NCBI GenBank assembly: GCA_003651045.1
Contig: QMTJ01000001.1
Span: 1-29,892 of the forward strand
Length of the DNA: 29,892 nucleotides
Source: Thermoplasmata archaeon
GTDB lineage: Archaea > Thermoplasmatota > E2 > DHVEG-1
Direction of reading: 5' to 3'
The notes under the pieces are model-generated. The model had not been told where the DNA came from. It saw only the letters and a list, made by a program, of their open reading frames with translations, and made no database searches. Within the stretch, counting starts at the first letter, position 1. Every line of letters starts with the position of its first letter. Positions 1-8,708 of this stretch are shown one piece after another. Position numbers and translations under genes: made by a program.

Positions 1-91
1 CGATAAACGATAACATTTTTTAATTAACTATTCATTACATCTAATCAATGAGATAGAAGGGTAAAATATTTTTTCGTCTCATGTCGAAGAG

Positions 92-1351
92 GTGTTAGAC
101 GTGTCAAGAAAAGTATGTATAGTTGGTGGAGCTACTACTCCTTTTGATTATGGACCAACAGGTTTTGAAAGCATTGAAGGTGGAGCAGCTGAATGTGTTA
201 GAGAAACCCAGAGGGATATACCTGATTTTTCTCTCAGGGATCTCGATTTGATGATTTATTCTCATTTCTCTGTACATTTTGGTCATCAGCTTTCTTCTGA
301 GTGGATTATCCATGATCATCTTGGTCTTGTAGGTGTTCCTCATTATAGAGTAGAGAATGGCGGTAACACGGGTGGTTCAGCATTATATGCTGCTGCTCTA
401 GCAGTTATGTCTGGTCATCATGATGTCGTTGGTATAGTTGGTTGGGAGACTATGGATTCTGTATCCCAGTCGCAGGGTAGTGAGTTTATAGCTATGGCAT
501 CTGATATCAGATATGAGCTCATGGTTGGTGGAATCTACCCGATTTATTATGCTGCCATGGCAAATAAATGGATGAAAGACAACAATGTCACTGAAGAAGA
601 TGTTGCAACTATTGGTGCTAAAAATAGGAATAATGCTATGGATAACCCAAAAGCTCAGTGGTACCGAAACGAACATAGATATATAACTGTAGATGATGTG
701 ATGAACTCACGTCTTATTTCTTATCCTATTAAAAAATATGATTGCTGCTTGATGACAAGAGGTGTTGCTTTTCTACTCGTATGCTCAGAGGAATATGCTA
801 AAAAAGTAAACCCAGATGGATATGTAACTATTGATGGAATAGGTCTCTCTAGTTGTACAATCCGTGCTGGTGACAGGTTGAATTTCCCAAGATGGAATGA
901 GTTATATGGACAGGGTTATCCTGAGATGACTGAGTTTGCTGCTTGTCGCAACTCTGCTGAGCAGGCTTATAAGATGGCTGGTATCGAAAACCCGTTGAAA
1001 GAGATTGATTTTGGTGAGATACACGATGCGTTTTCAACATCTGAAGCACAGATTTATAAAGCACTTGGTTTAGCTGATACCAATAATATTGCACAGTTTT
1101 TACGTGATGAGAGTACACATATGCATGGTGAAATACCTATGAACCCAGGCGGTGGACTAATGGGGTATGGTCACCCTGTTGGTGCAACAGGTGTTATGAG
1201 TGCTATTGAGTGTTTCTATCAGTTATCTGGTTTGATCCCAAAGAAACATCTTAGTAGAAAAACTGAGGTACCCGATGCCGAATGTGGGATAGTTAACAGT
1301 CACGCTGGTACAGGTACTAGTATTTCTAATTTTATTTTAAGGAGGCATTGA
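92..1351 (+). CDS. Thiolase-superfamily protein (SCP-x/archaeal type) lacking the nucleophilic Cys
   Basis: Thiolase motifs EIHDAF and GGLMGYGHPVGATG, N-terminal VCIVGG, and YAAMA..WM helix. VENGGNTGG stands where the family has E-x-x-C-A-S-G. The likely start is GTG at 101, after SD GAGGTG at 89-94. Confidence 0.9.
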   Translation: MLDVSRKVCIVGGATTPFDYGPTGFESIEGGAAECVRETQRDIPDFSLRDLDLMIYSHFSVHFGHQLSSEWIIHDHLGLVGVPHYRVENGGNTGGSALYAAALAVMSGHHDVVGIVGWETMDSVSQSQGSEFIAMASDIRYELMVGGIYPIYYAAMANKWMKDNNVTEEDVATIGAKNRNNAMDNPKAQWYRNEHRYITVDDVMNSRLISYPIKKYDCCLMTRGVAFLLVCSEEYAKKVNPDGYVTIDGIGLSSCTIRAGDRLNFPRWNELYGQGYPEMTEFAACRNSAEQAYKMAGIENPLKEIDFGEIHDAFSTSEAQIYKALGLADTNNIAQFLRDESTHMHGEIPMNPGGGLMGYGHPVGATGVMSAIECFYQLSGLIPKKHLSRKTEVPDAECGIVNSHAGTGTSISNFILRRH

Positions 1352-1357
1352 ATAAAT

Positions 1358-2023
1358 ATGAGTAGAATAATTGCTAAGAATAAGAAAAAATATGCTGATG
1401 CACCTGTTTTTACAGAAAAAAAATCTTATAGGCCAGAAGGTGTTAAAGAAACTGGTCTTGCTTTTGTTGGTCATGAGATCTCTGATGATAGAAAGGTGAT
1501 GAACCAGTTTTTACATTATGACCAACTTTATACAATTAGACATGGTTGGAATAGCCCGTTTTTTATAGGGTTATTAGATGGTAAAATCCTTGGTACACGT
1601 TGCCCAAGATGTGGTGATACTTGGGTACCACCTAGGACTCATTGTTGGAATCTAGATTGTAACCTTCAACGTACAGAGTGGGTCGAAATGCCACTTACAG
1701 CGAGGGTTCATACTTGGACTGTCGCTGGTTGGAGTGGACGATCGTCTCTAAAAAGGTTACCTATTGTTTTAGTTTACGCTGTTATAGGTGATAGCAAAGT
1801 CGCTATTGCGAATGAACTCCATGGTATAGATCCATGGGATGTAGAGTTTGATATGCCTCTAAAAATTGTTTTTAAACCAAAAGAAGAACGAATAGGTGCC
1901 GTTACGGATTGGTATTTTGAACCAGCTGACAGCTGGGAACCTTCCCCGATGAATGAGGAGAAAGAACGGATTAAAAAACTTGTTGAACCAGTCTATGAAT
2001 GGGTGAAAACATTAAAAAAATAA
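1358..2023 (+). CDS. DUF35-family Zn-ribbon/OB-fold protein, thiolase partner
   Basis: CPRCG..VPPRTHC Zn ribbon followed by OB-fold strands (ARVHTWT, PIVLVYA). It starts 7 nt after the thiolase, with SD GGAGG at 1341-1345. Confidence 0.9.
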   Translation: MSRIIAKNKKKYADAPVFTEKKSYRPEGVKETGLAFVGHEISDDRKVMNQFLHYDQLYTIRHGWNSPFFIGLLDGKILGTRCPRCGDTWVPPRTHCWNLDCNLQRTEWVEMPLTARVHTWTVAGWSGRSSLKRLPIVLVYAVIGDSKVAIANELHGIDPWDVEFDMPLKIVFKPKEERIGAVTDWYFEPADSWEPSPMNEEKERIKKLVEPVYEWVKTLKK

Positions 2024-2035
2024 AAATAGAGGAGG

Positions 2036-2048
2036 TTAAGGTTTAAAC
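2036..2048 (+). promoter_or_regulatory. Candidate BRE/TATA box for the amidohydrolase-CBS genes (leaderless-type spacing)
   Basis: TAAGG TTTAAA about 28-33 nt upstream of ATG 2075, with no SD next to the start. Confidence 0.4.
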
Positions 2049-2074
2049 ATTCTTTTTTTATTTACTTTATTTCA

Positions 2075-3091
2075 ATGGAATATGTAGCAGGAGCAATACT
2101 TACAATTGATGGTTTTAAAAAAGGTTACCTAGGTTTCGAGAATGGTAGAATAGTTGAAACTGGTACTGATCGGTCACCAGTTAAACCAGTTTGTAAAGGA
2201 CTGATAATACCTGGTTTAGTAAATATTCATACCCATATTGGTGACTCGTTTGTTAGGAAGAAAAACATTGATCTACCAAGGGATGTAGAATCACTTGTTG
2301 GTCCACCAGATGGTTTGAAACATCAACTATTAAGTAATGCTTCTGATGAGGAAATAGTAGAAGGTATGAAAGATTCTATTAACATTATGATAGAATCTGG
2401 CACATTTGTTTTTTGTGATTTTAGAGAAGGCGGTGTTCATGGTGTTACACTGTTGAAACAGGCATTAAATGATTATAAAGTTTCCCCAGTAGTTTTGTCT
2501 AGACCACAGGGTTTATGTTATGATCGCGATGAAATTGATTCTCTACTGAGGTGTTCACATGGTATTGGTGTTAGTAGTATCTCTGACTGGAGTTATACGG
2601 AGTTGGAGAAAATCGCGAAGCATACAAAAAGGAGGAAAAAGTTTTTTGCTCTTCATGCTTGTGAACGGGTGAGAGAAGATATTGATCTTATTCTTGATTT
2701 GAAACCTGATTTCCTAGTTCACATGGTTAAAGCAAATAGGGATGATCTATTACGTGTCAAGGATAATGATATACCTATTGTTTTATGTCCTCGTTCTAAC
2801 ATGTTTTTTGGTTTAAAACCTAATATAAAGGTTATGAAACAGGTTGGTGTTGATATATTACTTGGTACTGATAATGGTATGTTAAACTCACCGGTGATAG
2901 TTGATGAAGTAAAATTTTTAAAAAATCAATACTCTGATGTGTTTTCAACAGATGAACTTTTAAACATGGTTACATATAGGGCTAGGAAAGTTTTAAATTT
3001 AGATTGTGACATTCTCTGTCCCAATTCCAAAGCAGAGTTTGTAGTGTTACATGAGAAATCATTAAAGCCTTTGTACATATCTCTGGTTTAG
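2075..3091 (+). CDS. Amidohydrolase-superfamily metal-dependent hydrolase (deaminase-like)
   Basis: PGLVNIHTH (HxH), HACE (HxxE), LVHM and LGTDN metal-binding motifs. Confidence 0.85.
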   Translation: MEYVAGAILTIDGFKKGYLGFENGRIVETGTDRSPVKPVCKGLIIPGLVNIHTHIGDSFVRKKNIDLPRDVESLVGPPDGLKHQLLSNASDEEIVEGMKDSINIMIESGTFVFCDFREGGVHGVTLLKQALNDYKVSPVVLSRPQGLCYDRDEIDSLLRCSHGIGVSSISDWSYTELEKIAKHTKRRKKFFALHACERVREDIDLILDLKPDFLVHMVKANRDDLLRVKDNDIPIVLCPRSNMFFGLKPNIKVMKQVGVDILLGTDNGMLNSPVIVDEVKFLKNQYSDVFSTDELLNMVTYRARKVLNLDCDILCPNSKAEFVVLHEKSLKPLYISLV

Positions 3092-3139
3092 AAGAAGGAA
3101 AATAAAAGAAGAAGCAGGATAAAATTTGAGGGATGAAAA

Positions 3140-3979
3140 GTGAAAGTAGAGGATGTGATGTCTAAGGATTTAATAGTGGGTTATGTTCCGGGTAGTGTTA
3201 GAGATGCTCTTCGTATCCTTGCGAAACATAATGTTTCAGGTATGCCTATTTTAAAAAAGGATAGTAAAATAGTAGCTGGTGTTGTAACTAGGAGTGACAT
3301 TTTTAAAAACCCTGAGGAGGATCAACTTGCCCTTATTATGACTAAGGATTTTCATTTTGTTGAAGGAGATCAAGATGTTGAAGAGGCTGCTAAATTGTTA
3401 TATGAACATAGGATTCATGGTTTACCTGTTCTTAATAAACGAAAAGAGTTAGTGGGTATTATAAGTCCAACTGACATTTTAAGGAATCTACCTATGGAGA
3501 TCGATGAAAATGTTGAACATTATTTCACTAACATAGTAGTACCAGTTTATCAGGAGACACCTATAAACATTGTAATGGAGATTATCAATGTTACACATGA
3601 GAATGCTTTACCAGTGTTAAACGATGAATGTAAACTCGCTGGTATTGTAACTGATGGTGACTTGTTTAAACTCAGCCATATACGTGAAAGCGTTTCTTCA
3701 ACAGATCTAGGTATGGGTGGTGATGAAGACGCTTGGACATGGGAAGGTATTAGAGACGCAGTGAGGCTACACTATGCTACATCTAAGGTTACCCTACCGC
3801 CTGTCCCGGTACGTGAGGTTATGGTTACTGAGGTTGTTAAAGCTTTTAAAAACACACGTGTCCATGAACTTGCTGAACAGATGGTTAAACATCATATTAG
3901 CCATGTACCAGTTGTTGACTCTGATGACCGATTAGTTGGTATGGTTACAGATATTGATCTTATGGCCTGTATGTTTTAA
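3140..3979 (+). CDS. CBS-domain protein (four CBS motifs, two Bateman modules)
   Basis: Repeated CBS signatures: SGMPIL..GVVTRSDI, HGLPVL..GIISPTDI, ALPVL..GIVTDGDL, SHVPVV..GMVTDIDL. Confidence 0.9.
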   Translation: MKVEDVMSKDLIVGYVPGSVRDALRILAKHNVSGMPILKKDSKIVAGVVTRSDIFKNPEEDQLALIMTKDFHFVEGDQDVEEAAKLLYEHRIHGLPVLNKRKELVGIISPTDILRNLPMEIDENVEHYFTNIVVPVYQETPINIVMEIINVTHENALPVLNDECKLAGIVTDGDLFKLSHIRESVSSTDLGMGGDEDAWTWEGIRDAVRLHYATSKVTLPPVPVREVMVTEVVKAFKNTRVHELAEQMVKHHISHVPVVDSDDRLVGMVTDIDLMACMF

Positions 3980-4041
3980 ATTCTATAATCTTATTTCTTT
4001 TTTTAAAAAAATAAAAAAGAGAAAAGCAACTTTGGAGATTC

Positions 4042-5709
4042 ATGTTTATGCCTCAAGATGTTTATGATAAAATTATGATGCTATGTAAAAGAAGAGGTTT
4101 TATCTATCCATCTTTTGACATTTATGGAGGAGTAGCAGGTTTTTATGACTATGGACCATTGGGTTCACAGGTTAAAAACAATATTGAAAACCTATGGAGA
4201 AGGTTTTATGTTTTAAAAGATGGATGTATTGAGATTAATACTCCAATAATAACACTATATGAGGTGTTGAAAGCATCTGGTCATGTTGATGAATTCACAG
4301 ATTTAACTGTGCATTGTGGAAAATGTAAACAGTTTTACAAAGTTGAGGATATCCTAGAAAAAGGAGTTAGTGTCGAAGAAGCATTGAAGAAAAACCTGTT
4401 AAGATGCCCCCGGTGTGGAATGGTTTTAAAAAATGTTTCCCCTGTTAATTTAATGTTTTCAACAAAAATAGGCATAGGCGAAGGTAGAAAAGCTTTTCTC
4501 AGACCAGAAACCGCACAGGGTATTTTCACAAATTTTCATTTTCTCTACAGATTTGCACGTGAAAAACTCCCCATAGGTGTTGTGCAAATAGGAAAAGGTT
4601 ATAGAAATGAGGTCTCACCACGTCAAGGTATAATCAGGTTGAGAGAGTTTTCTATGGCTGAAGCTGAAATATTTTTTGACCCAACGAATAAAACCCATTC
4701 AGACTTTGAAAAGGTCAAAGACAAAAAATTGTTTTTATTTGATAACGAGAAAGAGATGAAGTTATCTCTAAGGGAAGCCGTTAAAAACAAGGTAGTCGAT
4801 AATCAGGCGCTTGCTTATTATATGTATCTAACGCAGGAGTTTTTATTATCCGCGGGTGTAGATCCCAAAAAATTCCGTTTCCGTAAACATGCAAAGGATG
4901 AACTTGCTCATTATGCAAGAGAATGCTGGGATGCAGAGCTTTTTAGCGAACGTTTCGGCTGGGTGGAATGCGTAGGTATAGCTGATAGATCAGCTTATGA
5001 TCTTAGTTCACATATAAAATCTTCTGGTGTAGACATGTATGCTTTACGTAGATATGATAAAACAAAAACTGTGAAAAAGAAAAAAATAGTACCAAATATG
5101 AGTACTTTAGGTCCCTTGTTTAAAGAGAAAGCAGGGAGGATAAAAACATTATTGGAAAACATAGATGTAACCAGTGAGGTAGATGAAATCTCTGTTAATA
5201 TTGATGGTGAAAAAATAGAAATCCCTAAGGATTGTTATAAAATAGTTGAAACAGAGGAGAAAGTATCAGGTGAAAAATTTATACCACATGTTATAGAACC
5301 CTCTTATGGTATAGATAGGATTTTGTATATGATCCTGGAGCATAACTATATGGAGACTAAGAAAAAAGAAGAAGAATATAGGGTTTTAAGGTTGAAACCA
5401 GGGATTGCACCTGTTAAAACTGGTGTTTTTCCATTGGTTAACGATGATAAACTAGTTGAAATAGCTAAAAAAATAGATAACGATCTTAGAGACGCGGGTG
5501 TTATAACGTATTACGATGATAGTGGTAGTATCGGTAGACGTTATGCTCGTATGGATGAAATAGGTACACCGTTTTGTGTAACAGTTGATCATGATACAAT
5601 AGTGGATAACACTGTTACTATCAGGGATCGTGATACAACAAGACAGGTTAGGAAAAAAATCGAAGACGTAGTGGGTTATATAAAAGAAAAAATAGGGTTT
5701 TTAGTTTAG
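4042..5709 (+). CDS. glyS: Glycine--tRNA ligase, archaeal/eukaryotic alpha2 type
   Basis: KRRGF..GGVAGFYDYGPLG, LRPETAQGIF, QIGKGYRNEVSPRQGIIRLREF, VIEPSYGIDR, and the anticodon domain SGSIGRRYARMDEIGTPF. Confidence 0.98.
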   Translation: MFMPQDVYDKIMMLCKRRGFIYPSFDIYGGVAGFYDYGPLGSQVKNNIENLWRRFYVLKDGCIEINTPIITLYEVLKASGHVDEFTDLTVHCGKCKQFYKVEDILEKGVSVEEALKKNLLRCPRCGMVLKNVSPVNLMFSTKIGIGEGRKAFLRPETAQGIFTNFHFLYRFAREKLPIGVVQIGKGYRNEVSPRQGIIRLREFSMAEAEIFFDPTNKTHSDFEKVKDKKLFLFDNEKEMKLSLREAVKNKVVDNQALAYYMYLTQEFLLSAGVDPKKFRFRKHAKDELAHYARECWDAELFSERFGWVECVGIADRSAYDLSSHIKSSGVDMYALRRYDKTKTVKKKKIVPNMSTLGPLFKEKAGRIKTLLENIDVTSEVDEISVNIDGEKIEIPKDCYKIVETEEKVSGEKFIPHVIEPSYGIDRILYMILEHNYMETKKKEEEYRVLRLKPGIAPVKTGVFPLVNDDKLVEIAKKIDNDLRDAGVITYYDDSGSIGRRYARMDEIGTPFCVTVDHDTIVDNTVTIRDRDTTRQVRKKIEDVVGYIKEKIGFLV

Positions 5710-5725
5710 TTTGTTATAGTCTATG

Positions 5726-5734
5726 TTTTTTTTT
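5726..5734 (+). terminator. Oligo-T terminator candidate downstream of glyS
   Basis: T9 tract 16 nt after the glyS stop. Confidence 0.45.
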
Positions 5735-7130
5735 ATTCTTCAATGACTCTAAACTTGTACATTGGTGAAAATAGGAAGTCAAACCATTTCTCATTGATGT
5801 ATGGGCTGATACCTATTTTGTATATTCCCACTATGTAGTACCCACCAGGTGTGTTTAAATCGTATTTGATTTTTTCACCAGTTCTATGGTTTATATAGCC
5901 AAGTTCTATCTTAGTGAGATCTACTTTTTCTTTTAATGATTCACCAGGTTGCAGTTCAATTGTCTCTGGGGGGCCTTGTATTTCACCAATATAATGTATT
6001 TTTTTATCATCTGGTGTTTTAAGTACAAAATCTAGTGTCCCGTATTCAAGTTTCATAATGTTTACTGTTACTGGATGATCATCATTGTTTGTTAATATAG
6101 CAGTTACATTTATTGATTCACCAGGTTTATATTCCTTTTTTTCTAGTTGTATATCAAAATGTAATGCTACACATTGTTTTTCTAATACGAAGTTAACTGT
6201 TTCTTCTTCATCTGATTCAACTTCCACGTTTTTTACCATCTCGGTTTTATATCTTGGTTTACTTGCTTTTACATCATAAACCCCTGGTTCTACTTCAATT
6301 TTATAGAGTCCTCGTTCATCTGTGTATGTCACATATATGGGTTCTATTTCTCCAGAGGTATAAACTTCTATTTTTGCACCAGGTATTGGTTTAAATAGGA
6401 ATACTGGTAGTATTGGATCTTCTCTAACCACACCTGCTATAACACCTGGTTTCACTGGTTCTTCACCTTTAACATTTACCTCTTTAATCACTGTACCAGT
6501 TGCACCATCATCATCAACCACAGTTAGAGTGACCTTATACAAACCAGCCACATTATACATATGAACAGGATTCTGCTCATCACTAACAAAACCATCACCA
6601 AAATCCCATTTCCAAGCAACAACAGATCCATCTTCATCCTTAGATTTATCCATGAAGTTAACATCCTCACCAACTAAGGGGTTCTCAGGTTCAAAAACAA
6701 AATTGGCCTCTGGCGGATGGTTTTCAGGTTCAACATCATTTATTTTTTCTATATGTATAAGCTCTATAGGTAAAGCATGGAATATAAATATATAACGTAT
6801 ACCTATTAAACTAACAAGTCTTTTATAAACAACTGTTGCTGTAAAATTTACTTTTAAATTATGTTGTTTAAACTCTTCAGGTAGATTCAATGGTAAATAT
6901 TTTTTAAAAAGTTTACCCATGAAATATGTCCCTCTGTCACCATGTATCAGGTATATCCCTTTATCATCCACAATGCAATGGGAAATCTTAAGACGTTTTA
7001 TAGTACCAGTATCTCTTATTATATTATCCTCGTTTAAAACACGAGTTTTTTTAGCTAATGCAACAGCAGATAGAGACGTAGACAGCAATACTATTACTAC
7101 AATCATGCTTAAATATTTTTTATATCTCAT
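5733..7130 (-). CDS. Secreted multidomain protein: signal peptide, small beta domain, PKD domain, carboxypeptidase-regulatory-like domain, C-terminal Ig-like domain
   Basis: Basic N-terminus, hydrophobic core and AVALA site. PKD consensus PPEANF...WKWDFGDG...NPVHMY...YKVTLTVVDDDG. IPGAKIEV..TDERGLYKI..PGVYDVKASK is typical of CarboxypepD_reg-like domains. Confidence 0.85.
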   Translation of the reverse strand: MRYKKYLSMIVVIVLLSTSLSAVALAKKTRVLNEDNIIRDTGTIKRLKISHCIVDDKGIYLIHGDRGTYFMGKLFKKYLPLNLPEEFKQHNLKVNFTATVVYKRLVSLIGIRYIFIFHALPIELIHIEKINDVEPENHPPEANFVFEPENPLVGEDVNFMDKSKDEDGSVVAWKWDFGDGFVSDEQNPVHMYNVAGLYKVTLTVVDDDGATGTVIKEVNVKGEEPVKPGVIAGVVREDPILPVFLFKPIPGAKIEVYTSGEIEPIYVTYTDERGLYKIEVEPGVYDVKASKPRYKTEMVKNVEVESDEEETVNFVLEKQCVALHFDIQLEKKEYKPGESINVTAILTNNDDHPVTVNIMKLEYGTLDFVLKTPDDKKIHYIGEIQGPPETIELQPGESLKEKVDLTKIELGYINHRTGEKIKYDLNTPGGYYIVGIYKIGISPYINEKWFDFLFSPMYKFRVIEE

Positions 7131-7285
7131 TTTTCATTACCTCTTTTTTTTATTTTAATCAAATATTATTTCTTTTCTAAATTTTTTATGTTTTTTTATT
7201 ATATAAATTATTCTATGTATAATTATAGTTTATAAACTTTTCTTTACAAATAATATCATAAAAAATTGTTTTTACCCTGTGAGAC

Positions 7286-8623
7286 CTAAAACGTTTTAAG
7301 CGTCTCGTCTAATATTTCAAGGATTTTATCGATTTCTTGAGATGATATAATAAGAGGTGGTCTGAATCTAAGTGTTTTTTCACCGCATCCTAGTATTACT
7401 AAACCATTAGCATATAATTTGTTTTTTAACTCATCTCTTCTCTTAGGATTAGGGAGATCAAAAGCGCACATAAGACCGCGCCCGCGAACATTAGATATTA
7501 TATTAGGATATTTATCACCTAACCTTGTAAGTTCCTCTAATAAATGTTTACCTTGTACTTCTGCGTTTTTAACAAGTTTTTCTTCCTTGATTACTTCGAG
7601 ATATTTCTGGCATCTAACCATGTCAACAAGGTTTCCACCCCATGTAGAGTTAATACGGCTTGAAACCTTGAAAACATTATCTTTTACTTCATCAACACGT
7701 GAAGTAACCATGATCCCGCATACTTGTGCTTTTTTACCGAAAGCTATTATATCTGGTTTAAAATCAAAATGTTCATAAGCCCACATTTTACCTGTGAGTC
7801 CTACACCTGTTTGTACTTCATCAAGTATAAACATGATCTCATGCTCATCACAGAGTCTACGTAGTTCATGGAAAAACTCTTTACGGAAATGATTATCCCC
7901 GCCTTCACCCTGTATTGGCTCTATTATAAGAGCCGCTATATCATCAGGGTTATCAGATACTGCTTTTTCAATCTCAGATACAGCTTGTTTCTCTAAATTT
8001 TGAACCTTTCTAAGGTTTTTTTCGTTTAATGGAAACGTGATTTTTGGGTTAGTAACCCTTGGCCATTTAAATTTTGGGAAATATTTTGTTTTATCAAGAT
8101 TGAATGTATTAGTCATAGAAAGGGTATACCCTGTCCGTCCATGGAATGCTTCTTTAAAATGTATAACTTGGTTACCTAACTCTTGTTTTTTACCGTTTTC
8201 AAAGTTTTTACGTATTTTCCAGTCAAAAGCTGTTTTCAGACCGTTTTCTACAGCTAATGCACCACCACTTACGAAAAACAGGTGTTTAAAATAACTGGGG
8301 ACAGCATGTTTCACGAAACTATCGACGAATTCTGCCATTTCAACAGTGTATACATCTGAGTTAGTTGGTTTATTCACTGCTACTTCACCGATTTTTTTTA
8401 TAAACTCAGGGTTTGATAGTTTCGGGTGGTTGCATCCTAATGGCGCTGAGGCAAAAAAGGAGAAACAATCGAGTAAATATTTATTATGACGTGAGTCATA
8501 TATTTTACATCCCTTACTTTTTTTTAAATCCAGAACGAGGTCGAAACCATCTACAAGTATGTATCTGGATAATGTTGCATGGACGTTTTTTGGTTGAACT
8601 GTCATGATTTTTTGTTCCTCCAT
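7286..8623 (-). CDS. lat: L-lysine 6-transaminase (class III PLP aminotransferase)
   Basis: ILVDGFDLVLDL, AFHGRTGYTLS, QGEGGD, DEVQTGVG..GKKAQVCG (PLP Lys) and RINSTWGGN, as in actinobacterial Lat. The probable start is ATG at 8605, after SD GGAGG. Confidence 0.92.
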   Translation of the reverse strand: MEEQKIMTVQPKNVHATLSRYILVDGFDLVLDLKKSKGCKIYDSRHNKYLLDCFSFFASAPLGCNHPKLSNPEFIKKIGEVAVNKPTNSDVYTVEMAEFVDSFVKHAVPSYFKHLFFVSGGALAVENGLKTAFDWKIRKNFENGKKQELGNQVIHFKEAFHGRTGYTLSMTNTFNLDKTKYFPKFKWPRVTNPKITFPLNEKNLRKVQNLEKQAVSEIEKAVSDNPDDIAALIIEPIQGEGGDNHFRKEFFHELRRLCDEHEIMFILDEVQTGVGLTGKMWAYEHFDFKPDIIAFGKKAQVCGIMVTSRVDEVKDNVFKVSSRINSTWGGNLVDMVRCQKYLEVIKEEKLVKNAEVQGKHLLEELTRLGDKYPNIISNVRGRGLMCAFDLPNPKRRDELKNKLYANGLVILGCGEKTLRFRPPLIISSQEIDKILEILDETLKTF

Positions 8624-8708
8624 TTTTTTTAGAAAACTAAGAAAATGTATCTTTAGTTAAAGCGGTATCTCTATTTTTTATAAAATGGTATCGGTATAGC
8701 TTCTTTTT

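Noticed and set aside
7131-7285. Extremely AT-rich 155-bp spacer as a replication origin
   Set aside because: No ORB-like G-string repeats and no adjacent cdc6/orc1; promoter plus terminator explains it.
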